The notes beneath the pieces are model-generated. The model searched no databases. It had not been told where the DNA came from and saw only the letters and a program-made list of their open reading frames with translations. Below, piece after piece: positions 13,254 to 26,377 of a stretch of 37,403 nucleotides of DNA (positions are counted from its first letter, which is position 1; every line of letters begins with the position of its first letter). The translations under genes and the position numbers were made by a program. Source of the DNA: Octopus bimaculoides (Eukaryota); NCBI RefSeq assembly GCF_001194135.2, contig NC_068990.1:80585593-80622995 (forward strand), read 5' to 3'.

Positions 13254-15339
13254 TATTTACTACAGAAATCAAATAACAAGGTATTTATGCACGTTCAATG
13301 ACAAAGAAATTCAACATTAAGCAGATATTATTCAACGGAAAGCGGCTTCAATTAAAATCCTAATGCTAATGAAAGACTACTGTTATTATTGATTCCTATT
13401 TTGTACTAAACGAGGTATCATTATAACCACTGGCCCATGTATGTTTTTTTATATTGTTACCCAGTATATATTAAAATATCATCAAAAATTCTCTGCTTTC
13501 TATGAGCAGCTGTGCATGACTGTCATGAAAGTCGATATATTTCTAGTTGAACGCATGTTAATGATAAATAGATCAGTGTTTTACTAATTGCAATCCATAA
13601 TAATTTTGAATCTATGAAACTGGAAACAATTTTTTTGTTTTACCTGTGTCGTAGGCTGTAATGTTTAATAATACGGAGATAAAAATAATAGTGATGTTAG
13701 TGAGCATGAAATGGTTGAATGAGACGATATTTCATAAAATGTCTACGAAATTTGCAATTAGTTTTGGGATGAGGGTCATTCAGTTTATATAAATAAATGG
13801 CAAAGATCAGTTAGGATGCATACCTGCTGCAACAAATCGAGAGAAGGAAGCTGTTATAAACCACTTTTAGATACAGTGTAATATTTCTGTCTAAAATAAG
13901 GCGTGATGAGGGGAGATATTTGGGAGATGATATCGTCAGCTAAGATTTATTGTATAAAAATAATTAATGTTGAATTTAAATATTTATATTTCAGAAATGA
14001 CATTACGAAAATATTGTTAGCAAGTAAAAAGTTCAGCTTCGAAACGTAGGGACTGGGAAATAACTGCTTCTGTATGATTTAATTTACTTTTATAAAGATA
14101 TGGAAGGTACATCACCTTTAGTGGAAATGAAAACAATATTCAAAATATTCCCTCATTATCAAGTTTAAAATGGCGGATCGATTTAAGCTTGGGCAGTTGA
14201 TAGCTGTTCTAGCATTTACATTGTTATGCTTGTTTATATTAATCCATTCTATCATTTTATTGTTGGCTTTTAGTTCAGATGTAAATCGTAAAGCACATCA
14301 TAAATTTTGATAATTTGTGGTGATCATCGGTCATATTTCTTTCTAAGATTACACTTTATTTGATGTACGCAATATTCAATGTATTTCATCCTATTTGAAG
14401 TATTTAAGCAGGTCTCTTTCATCTAATATTTTTTTCTTTCAATTTAGTTTATTTTAGCATTCTAATATTTTAGGCAGCATGTCTCCTTTGAAATTGGATT
14501 AGCTTTACTTTACACTATGCTCGCGTTGATATTTATGATGAATATTTCTAATACTTCTGGAATATTTTCCAGTAGATTGTCATCTAGTGTTTATAGTCTT
14601 ACTTTATACCTTCGCTGGATTGATTCATAAATAGTTTAGTGCTTTCCCATTGCTCTTTGATATATAGCCAATTAGATTTCAAAGTTCTATTGCAAAATAA
14701 ATTCAAACAAGTCGCAAAAGTGTGTATCGCGCGTCAAAATTATATTTTAATTCAGCAACTGCTTTCTTGTTATTTTCATTTACGTATCTTTTCTATTGCA
14801 ATGTGTTGCTTTATTTCGATTTCGATTTGTTCACTAACGTACTGAATGTTGAAACCATTGTAGTAGTAGTAATTATTTTATATTATGTTCTATAAGGAAA
14901 TCAAGTACCGTCTAATACACTAGTGAAACAATTGTTTGCTATATAAATGCATTTCTTTGACAAATTAAGTACGAGCAATAAAATAACGTCACAACATTGC
15001 CTTGGAAACGAATTAAGATTTTGGATAAAACGAAATCTAGCTCCATGGCAAGGTGCAAAGCGATCTAATTTATGATATTATAATTTTCAGATGATTGTCA
15101 TTGTTTCTCTAAACTTTAACTTCATAACTTCACTGCATTAATTTATAAACAGTTTACAGTTTATCCATTCATCTTGTTTGTACTCGTGGTATTGTTTCCG
15201 AAATGGTGTTAGGAATTAAATTTAAGTAAGTTTCAAAATGATTTAGCGTTTTGTAAAAATTGAATCTATTATGTGTTGTGTTTGCTGGTGCATTGCGTAG
15301 TACATATTAACTGTGATACTATTTTGTTTCATTTTTATA

Positions 15340-15850
15340 CAAGTAATAATCCAGGGTAATGAACTGGCCGATATGCAAGTGGTATTTGTTATAGATCCTT
15401 CCCTTCCATTTTCCTCAACGTTGTTCCAAACATATTTCTTAAATCATCTTCCCACCTGAATGGAGGACATCCGAGCGGTCTCTTCCGTAAACGCGGGTAC
15501 TACTCGACAACTGCTCAGGTCCACAGATTGCCTGTGAACATTGCGACATGACTGACCCGTCGTAGATTTGCGTGGTGGTATACTGCTACAACGTACTTCA
15601 CACCAGTTCTATCCCCGATCTCCTCGTCCCGCATCTGATCACTCAGCGAGATTCCCAACATCAACTTTTCCATGGCTCTCTGCGCCGTAAGACGATATTC
15701 TCTTTTCGTCAAGGCACAAGTCTCACATGCATGTTACACTGCCGAGAAGACTGTGCTTTTGAAGAGATTGGCACGAGTTGTCTTGTCTAGGTTCACCTTC
15801 AGCATATCCTTCACCGAGTTGAATGCTCGCCATCTTGCTCTTATCCTGTA
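15340..15850 (-). mobile_element. Decayed RTE-clade LINE, C-terminal/3' fragment
   Basis: The minus strand reads RIRARWRAFNSVKDMLKVNLDKTTRANLFKSTVFSAV*HACETCALTKREYRLTAQRAMEKLMLGISLSDQMRDEEIGDRTGVKYVV...RRVSHVAMFTGNLWT*AVVE*YPRLRKRPLGCPPFRWEDDL. This matches the RTE post-RT region (QRAMER-MLG, WAGHVAR, R--GRP--RW) with several in-frame stops. Confidence 0.88.
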
Positions 15851-16407
15851 ATGTATTATAATATGTTAATTAATCGCTATCTGGATCATTGAAAATGATT
15901 CACTTGTACAATCAACTGAGTTACCTGCTAATTAGATTAGTATTTTCGTGGTAGAATCGTTGCAGTAAAGTCGTACCTTTTAATTACATGGACTTCCACA
16001 CAGTTTTTACCTACTGAGTTTTCTCATACGGTTTGGAAGGATTGCAGACCATGCAGAAATTATACTATGTTGCATTCATTAATTTACCATTCTGCCGTGG
16101 TGCATTCATTAATTTACTCTAGAAATTACGATTTACACAGTACAGATATATGCTATACTTAACCTGCATAATGTATGATCTGTGCTGCATGTATTTTACT
16201 ATGAATTGAGTGTAAGATAAAATACGGTATGAAGTATATTCCATGCGGAATATATTATTCATATTGTATAGTACGAAGTACGATAGAAAATAAATTGCAT
16301 CCTGCATGATTTATAAGACAGTATACAAGGTGTTGCGAAGATAACGAATGATATATTGAAGTATGACGTATGGTGTGTGCAGTTGGGTACAGTTTCGTTA
16401 AGAAAAC

Positions 16408-16610
16408 TAATTCTTTTCTGTTCTGTATTTAAAAGATGAGGAATTATGTACATTATTTACATCATTTACATTTGACGGATATTTGTCCTCATCTTGGTTG
16501 TTGTTAACACAAGGTTTCAGCTGATATACCCTCCAGCCTTCATCAGGTGTCTTGGTGAAATTTCGAACCTGGGTTCTCATTCCGAACCTGGGTATTTTTC
16601 GATATAATTA

Positions 16611-16653
<43 letters not shown>

Positions 16654-16767
16654 TGTTGTTGTTGTTGTTGTTATTGTTGTTGTTATTATTATTGTTCAAA
16701 TCACTGCTTGCAATTGAACACGGAATCTTGGGAGCAGCAGCCTGCGCTCTTAACCAATACGCCATGT
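16408..16767 (-). mobile_element. Small non-autonomous element: tRNA-like Pol III head + (AAT/AAC)n spacer + Penelope-type body carrying a hammerhead-like motif
   Basis: The minus strand has an A-box-like TGGCGTATTGG (16764-16754) and a B-box-like GTGTTCAATTG (16721-16711). A trinucleotide microsatellite follows (16693-16607), then unique sequence containing CTGATGA...GAAA. The 3' boundary is approximate. Confidence 0.7.
16506..16551 (-). ncRNA. Minimal type I hammerhead-ribozyme-like motif (probably inactivated at stem III)
   Basis: GACAC-CUGAUGA-A-GGCUG-gaggguauau-CAGCU-GAAA-C-CUU-GUGUU. Stem I is GACAC/GUGUU and stem II is GGCUG/CAGCU. The core is intact, but CCUU stands where CGUH is expected. 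Confidence 0.7.
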
Positions 16768-16797
16768 TCTGATTTCGATTCCAAGCAGTGATCTGAA

Positions 16798-16807
16798 CAG
16801 CAGCAGC

Positions 16808-16843
<36 letters not shown>

Positions 16844-16882
16844 AATAATAATAATAATAGATAAATAGACAGACAGACAGAC

Positions 16883-16932
<50 letters not shown>
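16798..16932. repeat. Compound (CAG)(CAA)n(TAA)n(GACA)n(GATA)n microsatellite
   Basis: Direct reading. Confidence 0.95.
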
Positions 16933-16933
<1 letters not shown>

Positions 16934-17432
16934 ATGTTTAATGGAAAATACTATTTCAATCGTGTATATACCCTTTAGTTTCCAAAGAAATATATACGCC
17001 TTCCATAAAGTTATATTCCATTAAATATATAACCCAATCTACAATTCATGCTTTTACTAACAAGACCCGTCTCCGTTTCAAATAAATGTGTTACTGAGTG
17101 TGTGCGTCTCTCTCTCCCTCCCTCTCTCCCTCCCTCTCTCCCTCCCTCTCTNNNNNNNNNNNNNNNNNNNNNNNNNNNNNNNNNNNNNNNNNNNNNNNNN
17201 NNNNNNNNNNNNNNNNNNNNNNNNNNNNNNNNNNNNNNNNNNNNNNNNNNNNNNNNNNNNNNNNNNNNNNNNNNNNNNNNNNNNNNNNNNNNNNNNNNNN
17301 NNNNNNNNNNNNNNNNNNNNNNNNNNNNNNNNNNNNNNNNNNNNNNNNNNNNNNNNNNNNNNNNNNNNNNNNNNNNNNNNNNNNNNNNNNNNNNNNNNNN
17401 NNNNNNNNNNNNNNNNNNNNNNNNNNNNNNNN

Positions 17433-17463
<31 letters not shown>

Positions 17464-17687
17464 TAGGGAAGGAGAGATATTTATTTATATATTCATGTTT
17501 ACTATTATTGCACTTCTTTGGGAAACAATATCTTCTCTGGAGGACTATCTACGCAAAACCATTGCAGATTCCAGACAGATACCAAGTGGTTCCCGATGAA
17601 TGTAGGCTTAAAAAATATAATAAATAAACTAGAAGTCAATAAAGTAATGGAATAAGACAAAGAAATAACAATAACACTCGCAAAAAG

Positions 17688-17711
17688 CAACAACAACAAC
17701 AACAACGACGA

Positions 17712-17785
<74 letters not shown>

Positions 17786-18300
17786 TTATTGTACTACCAC
17801 TGCTGCTGCTGCTACAGCTACTAATAATGATACTAATAATAACAACAACAATAATACTATGAAAACATTCATGGTATAACATTAAAAGGAGAATAATAAC
17901 GTCGAAGATTGAAAACATGCAACAACATAAAACATAAAGGCCAGATATATAATTATAGAAGACATTGGACATATTGAGTTTTAGAACGATATAGATATGA
18001 AATGATAGTTCTGCTGCTGTTGGTTTCGTTGTTGTATTTGTTGCTGCTGGCTGAGTTGATGTCGTTGGTTGCACCGTTGTTCGTTGCCATCGTTGTGTAT
18101 GCTGGAAGTTTTACTGCTACTGATGCTGCTGGTGAGTGCTGTAATAATGATAATTTCGACAATAAAGATTATGGTAGCTATGATGCCAGTGATTATGATG
18201 GTGAGGTTGCTGATGAAATAAATGGTGATGATGATGGCGATGAAGGAGAGAATGAAAAAGAACGAAATATAAGAATAGGAAAAGGAAGTCGGAGAGAATG
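17688..18300. repeat. (CAA)n(CTA)n array followed by degenerate trinucleotide low-complexity sequence
   Basis: Direct reading; explains the poly-T/V/L ORFs in the track. Confidence 0.85.
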
Positions 18301-19646
18301 GTATGTTATTAAATTTTTGATATTCATAATGTTGATGCGTTCTTGCTAAAGCTGACGTAGACAACGACGATGTGGGTGGGTTACAGCATATAAAATAACA
18401 ATGTGATTGCTTTTAGCAATGAAACGTATACGGTAACGATGATTCCCATCCACAGACATATATCTGTTCATATCTAGACAGTAATCTAAGCGTTGATATC
18501 GTTCAGTCTTCCTTAGCAAAGAACTTATGAATGAAGAAGTAAATAAATGAACACTCTTGTAATATAAAACCTTTTCAAATACTCTTAATTGACTGGAAAG
18601 GATAAGTTAAAAACGCTTTTTATTGAATCAGTGAAAGAAGCGATATGGCGAGTCTCGTCTCTTCAAGCCTATTGTCTGCATAAAAGTATTAGAAATATAT
18701 TTAGAAGTAAATTGCTCCGACTCTAACTCATTCTGCCTTTATCGCTCATTCTCTATATCTTTCTACATCTGTTAATCCCCCTCTCTCTCTCTTTGTCTCT
18801 CTTTCTCTCTCTCTCTATGTATATTTCTCTTGTATATCTATGTCTAAGATGAAGAACAGTACCCATGACTGTTAAAAGTTCCCTCAGGATTAATGTAAGG
18901 GAAATTAAAATTAAATCATTTAGCCTAAAACTCGAAATGTGATTCAAATGCTTCTAAAATTGTGAATACTTCTAAAGCACCCAATTATCAGGAGCTGGTA
19001 TCGAGCTATCTAATTGACGAAGCCTAACGTCTAAAAATAATTGCGGTTTCTCCGACGGACCTCTACACATTCCCTGTCTTCCAAGCTCCCTCCACAAAGC
19101 TTTGATTGACTATAGGCTATTGTAAAAGACCATTAACTATTGTACTACACAGTACAATCAAACAAGTAAACAACGTAGCTGCGAATAGTTTTTGTTATCC
19201 GCATACCAATATTCATTACAAATTCTGTTTAATGGTTTCATTTTATTCTGCTACCAACTTCTTACTCTTCTGTCTATCATGTAAATAACAATACTCTAAA
19301 TGAGATCACAATTTTACTCATCCTTCGGGTAAACTTATTAAATGGAACGCCAGTTGTTTCTCTCATTACTCAAATGAAAATAGGTGCATTTTTTTCAATC
19401 ACGAACAATTGATCAAAGGAAGATTCCTCTAGTAGGTCGCCTGTCTCCTTTTCTCGTCCTGCTCATGTAGTCCTTGTAGCTGGTAACTTACTGAGCTTAA
19501 GGTGAAACGTCCCATGTATTAGGATCATCGACCTCGGAAGGGAACCAGCATCTTTTTGCTTCTTAGATGAACACCACCGCCCCCACCCAAAGTACATATT
19601 GTCACATTTATTCGTGAATCAGAGCTGTTCGAAAGCCTGGGTTCTA

Positions 19647-19680
<34 letters not shown>

Positions 19681-21528
19681 GCACACACACATATACATAT
19701 ATACTCACACAACATACGCACGCATACACGCACGCATACACGCACGCACACGCACACGCACACGCACGCACATACATATATATGCATACTCATATATATA
19801 TATGAGTATGCATATTTATATATATATTTATATATATATAAATATATNNNNNNNNNNNNNNNNNNNNNNNNNNNNNNNNNNNNNNNNNNNNNNNNNNNNN
19901 NNNNNNNNNNNNNTATATACATACATGTGTGTGAATTTGTGAGTGCGTGTATGTGCGTGTAAGATGCGACTATTCTTTCAAAGAATGTTTATGAATAAAC
20001 ATGCATAAACTGATAGAGTGTTTCAGTTTTGAGAGGAAAAATGAAATAAATTATGAACCTCAAGTTCAGAGCTTCTTCAGTCTTAGCCTAACGAATCCTC
20101 GAACTAGTCTTCATGTTTTGACAAACCGAAAGACCTAACTACTATTAGGGATCATCGTCATCTTTACATTACTCACAAATGCGCGCACACTCATACACAC
20201 ATACGGAAACATATCCATCCACACGCGCATACACAAACACACACACATACACTCACACACGCACATACACAGACAACGTATAGCTGTCACAATAACTGTT
20301 AATTTATGATGCACCATTTGGAAAACTGAAATTAGCGACGTTGTTTTTAATCAGATTTATTTTTAAAGGTAACTTTAGAGTTAGAAATTAATATATTGAC
20401 ATAAAATTTTAAAGAAAAATATCGACTCCAAAATAACTAAATCGCTGGTGAAGCAATTATCTGACATGCTTTGCACCGAGCAGAAAGTGCATGGTTTGCA
20501 TAAGCATATTGCAAGATCTTGTCTCTATGATTCCTACAACTACTGTAGTAGCAGAAATTTTGAATCTCATTCAGTAATTCTATGATTAAAATATTCAAGC
20601 CATAACTGTTCCATCTTTATAGCGCTATTTGAAAGCAAGTCATGTTATGAATATTTTCTACTCAAGACAGGTGGATGTGATTTGTTTGGGTGGGCGGAGG
20701 TTGTCTTTATTTCGAAAACGTGGAATTGTTCGTTGTATATTCTTTATTTCCTTGAAACTGGTGGGCTCCTTTTTCTGTAATTCATTTTCTGCCTTTTCAG
20801 ACGGATGTCAAAGATCGAAGGACTCCAAAAACAAGAATGAAGAAAAGAACAATAACAGAAGAATGATTTTATTCATTCACAAGTTGATGAAATTTCGCTG
20901 TTAATTATTAAAGTTGGCTGTATAATCAACCTTAATTTTCGAGACAGTGAATAAACAGAATATTTGAAAACAGTTAAAATACATGGAATTTATTGTATAT
21001 CATATAAAGGGAAACGTTCCTATATAGACCACAGCTCTACACACAAATGAGTATACGGACACACTCTAGCATACTGTTGAAATTAGATACACATTGTCGA
21101 CAAACAGAGACGATACGTTGAATGAATGTTACGGTGGAAGATCGTTTGAAATTGGTTTTTGCAAGTATTCACTCGGCTCTACGTGCTGGTGCTTATAGCT
21201 GCTAATGTTTGAAACATTTTTATTATGTTTAATTATACATATATACCTATGTTTACATGTCTTTATGTATGTATTGCTACTAAAGTTCACCATTGATACG
21301 TAGAGGCAAGCACAATTAATCAGAACATGCTGTAGTCGTTATTCTGCCGGTTACGGCAGCAAACAAGTGAAAGAAATATTTACACTTAAATGTGCATGAG
21401 TCTATGTGCAGGAAGGGTTGGCAGTGTTTGTAAGATTGGCAGTCCAGTTGTTATATGCCCCGCATGGGTCGAAGCGAGCGTTCTGCAAAATAAAGATTAA
21501 TACCAAATCCAACTTCTGGTTACCTAAA

Positions 21529-21791
<263 letters not shown>

Positions 21792-23734
21792 GAACCTAAC
21801 ATGTAATTTCAAACTTTTCATTGTTGTATAAACAAGACATTCTACTTTTCACTTTTAATCACATGCTTTCCTATTAATACTTCAGATATCTTGATAAGAG
21901 TGATGCCCGAAAACTGCTTCATGAACACCAGATTTTGAACACACGAAGCGCGAATTGTTATACGCGGTCGACAGTTTCTCTTCCGATAAATAAGATGATA
22001 CATTGCGTACTTTTATAAATATGAAGCTGAGTTGCAATATAATACGTCCATTTGTCTATCTTGGAAACATTTGATGGCAAGGTGTACTGGGCCATTTTTA
22101 AAGGGGTGGTATTCACGTTATGGCCCTGTCTCAATTTTACATATTTGATTGCTCCCTGAATATTTCTGATTGGTCATATTTGATCTTTACTTTATGGTAA
22201 TTATTAAACACTCATTGCAATATAATGCTATTTTCGTTTGTCATTCTCTTCTTATGTGAACCATATTTGTTTATCGGTGAATTGAAATCGATTTTTGTCT
22301 TGCATATGTTGGAAACATTTTATTATTTTACATTTTTCATGTAGCTTTGATGAAATACTGCGGTTATATTTACAGAATATAAATTCCTAGCTCTTTGCAC
22401 ACTTTAGGTTAAAAAACTGAATTTGAATCCATTCAACTTAAGATCGAATCCGGGTCGTAATTCTTCGCTTACTCTCACTTTGATATTATAGAACGAATTG
22501 TAACAATTAACAATTGCACAAATTAACATACTTTGTTGAGGGATATAATAAATTCGATCTAGTCCGATATTGTTACCGGAAAGATGAGCAGTTTAATTGC
22601 CAACGACAAAATGTTTATTAACATTTAACTAAACACGGCAAAATCTTTTGTACTAAATCTACGTACTGACTCTGCTACTGATAGCCATCGAGATATCCAA
22701 TGATAAAACTCAATGATAAGGGTTTAAGGTTAAAATATACTGACAATCTATATTCGTGGTGATTATTTTACTGAAGACTTATTTTTTAATGTATAATTGG
22801 AAGGATTTGAATGTAGAATTGAATAAGACTGCATAAATTTCATTAGCATAACAGCGTCTATTTTCACAAGTGCATCTAGGAAATTACGATGCAATCATTG
22901 AACTGAGCAAAGTCAGTTATTGATATAAAATCTTTGATAAAATTATTTAGTTTGAGAAATGATGAAATGAAATATTAAAACAGCAGTCTATATTGTGTGA
23001 TATGATGGACGATGAATAGTTGAAACAACCCATAGCTTGGAGGCATCTTAGCATATAGAGATTATATTGATTAACTATATCGATTTCTAAGTGAACAATT
23101 GGATGCCTTAGAAAAACTTTCCATTGTTTTCATTCCACACCGTGGTTTACATTGTGTTGAAAGTGGTTGACTTAGGTTACTGGATTCTAAAACTAAGTAG
23201 ACTTCTGGCTTCCAGGTAAACATTCATTTATGACTAATTAAGAAAAGTTAATTTTTTATATATTTCTTTTATTGCGTCTATCTCTCTATGTGTCTCTATT
23301 CTTGCTTTATATTTATTCCTTATATACACAATCTCTTGTGTTTCCTTTCATTCTCAAAAACTCACAAATTCATTTCGGTGAATATGTGAATATATACACG
23401 CACAAACACATATGAATATGAATCTGTTTGTATTTATGTGCGTACATAAGTCTGTATGTTTTAATGTAAAAAGAAATTGTCTGTTAGATATTGATGTTTG
23501 CGCGAATATTTATTGTTCGTTTTTTTTTTATTAAAATAAATTCCATTTTTAAGAAAAAAACATTCCCGATTTATAATGCGGTAAATCCAACATGCCGAGA
23601 CATTCATATATTTCCGGAAGTCATGGTGTTATATAAGAACTGTATTACAAGCAACAACGAAGTTCAGTCATGTTCTAAAGCCAGTGACTTTTAATGGTTT
23701 TCTTTTCCATATATTTGTTGTGTTTTTTTTTCTA

Positions 23735-23860
23735 TTGGCATAAGACCACGTATTTGGTAAGAAAGGTGTAGCCGGCTACCTCGACCCTGTACCTGTCTGG
23801 TATTTTATGTTATTGACTCAGGAATAATGAGATTCTGGGATGATTTAAGTGGTTTTTGAG
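23735..23860 (-). mobile_element. SINE core/tail remnant
   Basis: TCGACCCTGTACCTGTCTGGTATTTTATGTTATTGACTC is a diverged reverse complement of the shared core (GGGGTCGATAAA..AAGTACCAG...GGGTCGA). Confidence 0.5.
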
Positions 23861-25344
23861 TTAACAGTGTAAATTAAGGTGAATAAATCCATCGAATTAT
23901 TTTGTTTGGCACTGCCATTCTACTGCCCTAAATTCTTTATTAAATATTGACAGTCAAAGTCGATTTAATTCCCAATACTTCTTCCAGTAACTTCATCAAA
24001 TTATTTCATTCAATTACGTAGTCGTCAAAGATTCTGAATATTACTGTTATCAAATACACTTGCAGTGATACCACTTGACAATTATAATCACATCTGGTGT
24101 AAGTGATATCTGCATATAAATTCTTCAGTGCTGGCTCAACTCAAGCTGACGTCAGCGAAGAATCGGAATATTACATGTGAGTATGAAGAGTCATTAGACA
24201 ACGAGTTTTATTAGTCCATCAGGAAAAGAACTTGTGTATGTTCTTCAATATTTCTCCAAACATCAGATATTTAATTCACGTTTAATTGCAACCCAAGAGC
24301 ATTCTTTTCACACAACCAAATCCTGTAATCCGTGTGGCAATCCCACTTTTTCTATGTGATGTCGTATCAGTTCGGAACAGAAATATTCAGTTTGAATTGT
24401 AATTAAGATCAGTTCAATTATGAATTTAATTTTACATTAGGCTAGTTTGTAAACGTCTTGCATCATACAATTATCATACAAATGTAGAATGGGGTCATAT
24501 TGATATAAGATTACCACAAACGTTAAGATACAGTCTCACATTGTTTTCCAAATGTAAGAAATTAAATTAATAAATTTTATGACAAAATGAGGAAAAGGAA
24601 ATATCTTCAATTTTTGTATATTTACGTTGTGTTTAAGTTCTTTGTTATATTTTTCGCACTTGTGTATCATTTCCAATTCAGTTTAGAAAGTTTTAATTAA
24701 AATATCAAAAGAATTCTAGAAATGAAATAGATTTTAACGAAAAATCAACATCATGTAGAAAACAATCATTTAATTAATATTAGAATATCAATTCAACAAG
24801 TAATTAAGAGCCATATTGATTGTTACATACGATGCCGTTTTAAATTAAGGGAGACTGAATATAAATTTGAAAACAAGTATAAAAACTAAAAGATAAAATA
24901 TCGCAAAAAATCAACTTACATGTTAGTAATTTTTTTCCCAACAAATGTAAAGTAGAACTTGTCATCATATTATTTATATAGTATGATATATATTTCATTT
25001 ATGCGACATTTCTTCTATAAATTAAGAGCGTTTTTTTTTCCTGTCTGTCGATATTCCAAGCCAGTTTTGTTAAATGTATTTATTTTTTTTACATACTTAG
25101 AATAAACACTAAATACAAATAAAGAACGAAAAAAGTTATTCCGTTATTTGCTGAGGCTAAAGTCAGGGAAAGAGAAAAAAGAAACAAAACGATAAAAGAA
25201 ATGTTTCTTGGGTGATAGAGATACGAGAAAATGAAAGCAAACAAAAATAACTGCATTTGGAGAACTTCCATAGAATTGTAATTGGCTACAAACATAATTT
25301 CTGTAAGAAAGATATCGTCTAAATCGAGTGAGACAGATAGCGAG

Positions 25345-25389
25345 AAAGAAAGAAAGAAAGAAAGAAAGAAGGAAAAAGAGAGAGGCAGT

Positions 25390-25443
<54 letters not shown>
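25345..25443. repeat. (GAAA)n and (GA)n microsatellites
   Basis: Direct reading. Confidence 0.92.
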
Positions 25444-25445
<2 letters not shown>

Positions 25446-26325
25446 AATACTGAATTTTAAGGCTTTACATGAAGACAGGAAATTGATTCCAAGATAGCAG
25501 AAAAGATTGAAATTAGATGTTTAATGACCGATGTCCTATTTAAGAGTTCAATTCGTATGGTTTATGATTGCAATTCCCTAACGTGTCTTATACCTAACAG
25601 GTATCAGGAGCTAATGCTATTTTTTATGATAAAATATTGCGTGCTACAATGCAAGAGATATACAACAATGCAACACAAATATGGTTAATGTCTTTTATGA
25701 TACTGAAAACGGAAACGTATTCTTGCTGAAATGAAAACTTTTCTGTCGTAAGCCATAAGCTTTGCTACACTGGGATTATAATATTTAGTTGACAAGTTAA
25801 AAGCAGTAGAATAGCTGCAGCACCGGTCTAGAAACGCTTTACCGTATTAAATTACAACATGTTACACGCTAACGTCAAACATCTCGTGAGATGTCTTTTG
25901 AACTTCAAGCGTTCTGATACTCGGCAAAATAATCAGAAGTCCATATAATCAACATGTAAAGTATCAACAAACAGTAGAAGAAAGAAATGAAGAGTATACA
26001 AAATCTAACCAATCACATAGTAGATGGTCTCTAAGTCGCTGACATCATATCAGAAATATACTGGAACGATCGTTGAAAATTATTGCAGACGACTCATTAA
26101 TCAAACGATTTGGTGTCCAACACAAAAGTTCTTATGTGTAATATATTTATTTGTCACATCCTGACATCTTTTGAAAAAAACTACCAAGAAATCATTAGAC
26201 ACATTGAACAAAGTATACAACAAAATTTAACTGACCATTCACGATATAACATTCAAGATGGCTGTACAAAGGAGAGCAAACTGAATTCCCTAAATACTCA
26301 AAATCTCTTCCATTATAAATATATG

Positions 26326-26377
<52 letters not shown>

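Noticed and set aside
17583-17606. 24-nt minus-strand microexon AYIHREPLG resembling aldehyde dehydrogenase (YIHSEPLG)
   Set aside because: I found no other ALDH motif (WNYP, KPSE, ELGGK, EEIFGP) in the window, and nine residues can match by chance.
19480-19515. GAAACGTC as another hammerhead
   Set aside because: There is no CUGANGA core with a closing stem II and no adjacent stem I pairing. GAAACGT at ~6995, ~7235, ~14041 and ~25713 fails in the same way.
23950-24400. Faint hAT/Charlie-like transposase traces on the minus strand (RKSGIATRI)
   Set aside because: Too many stops and no diagnostic motif (CxxH, RW); this cannot be supported by eye.
25097-25300. 204-nt hydrophobic minus-strand exon
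   Set aside because: The hydrophobicity is explained by the antisense of an A/G-rich low-complexity tract, and no family motif is present.
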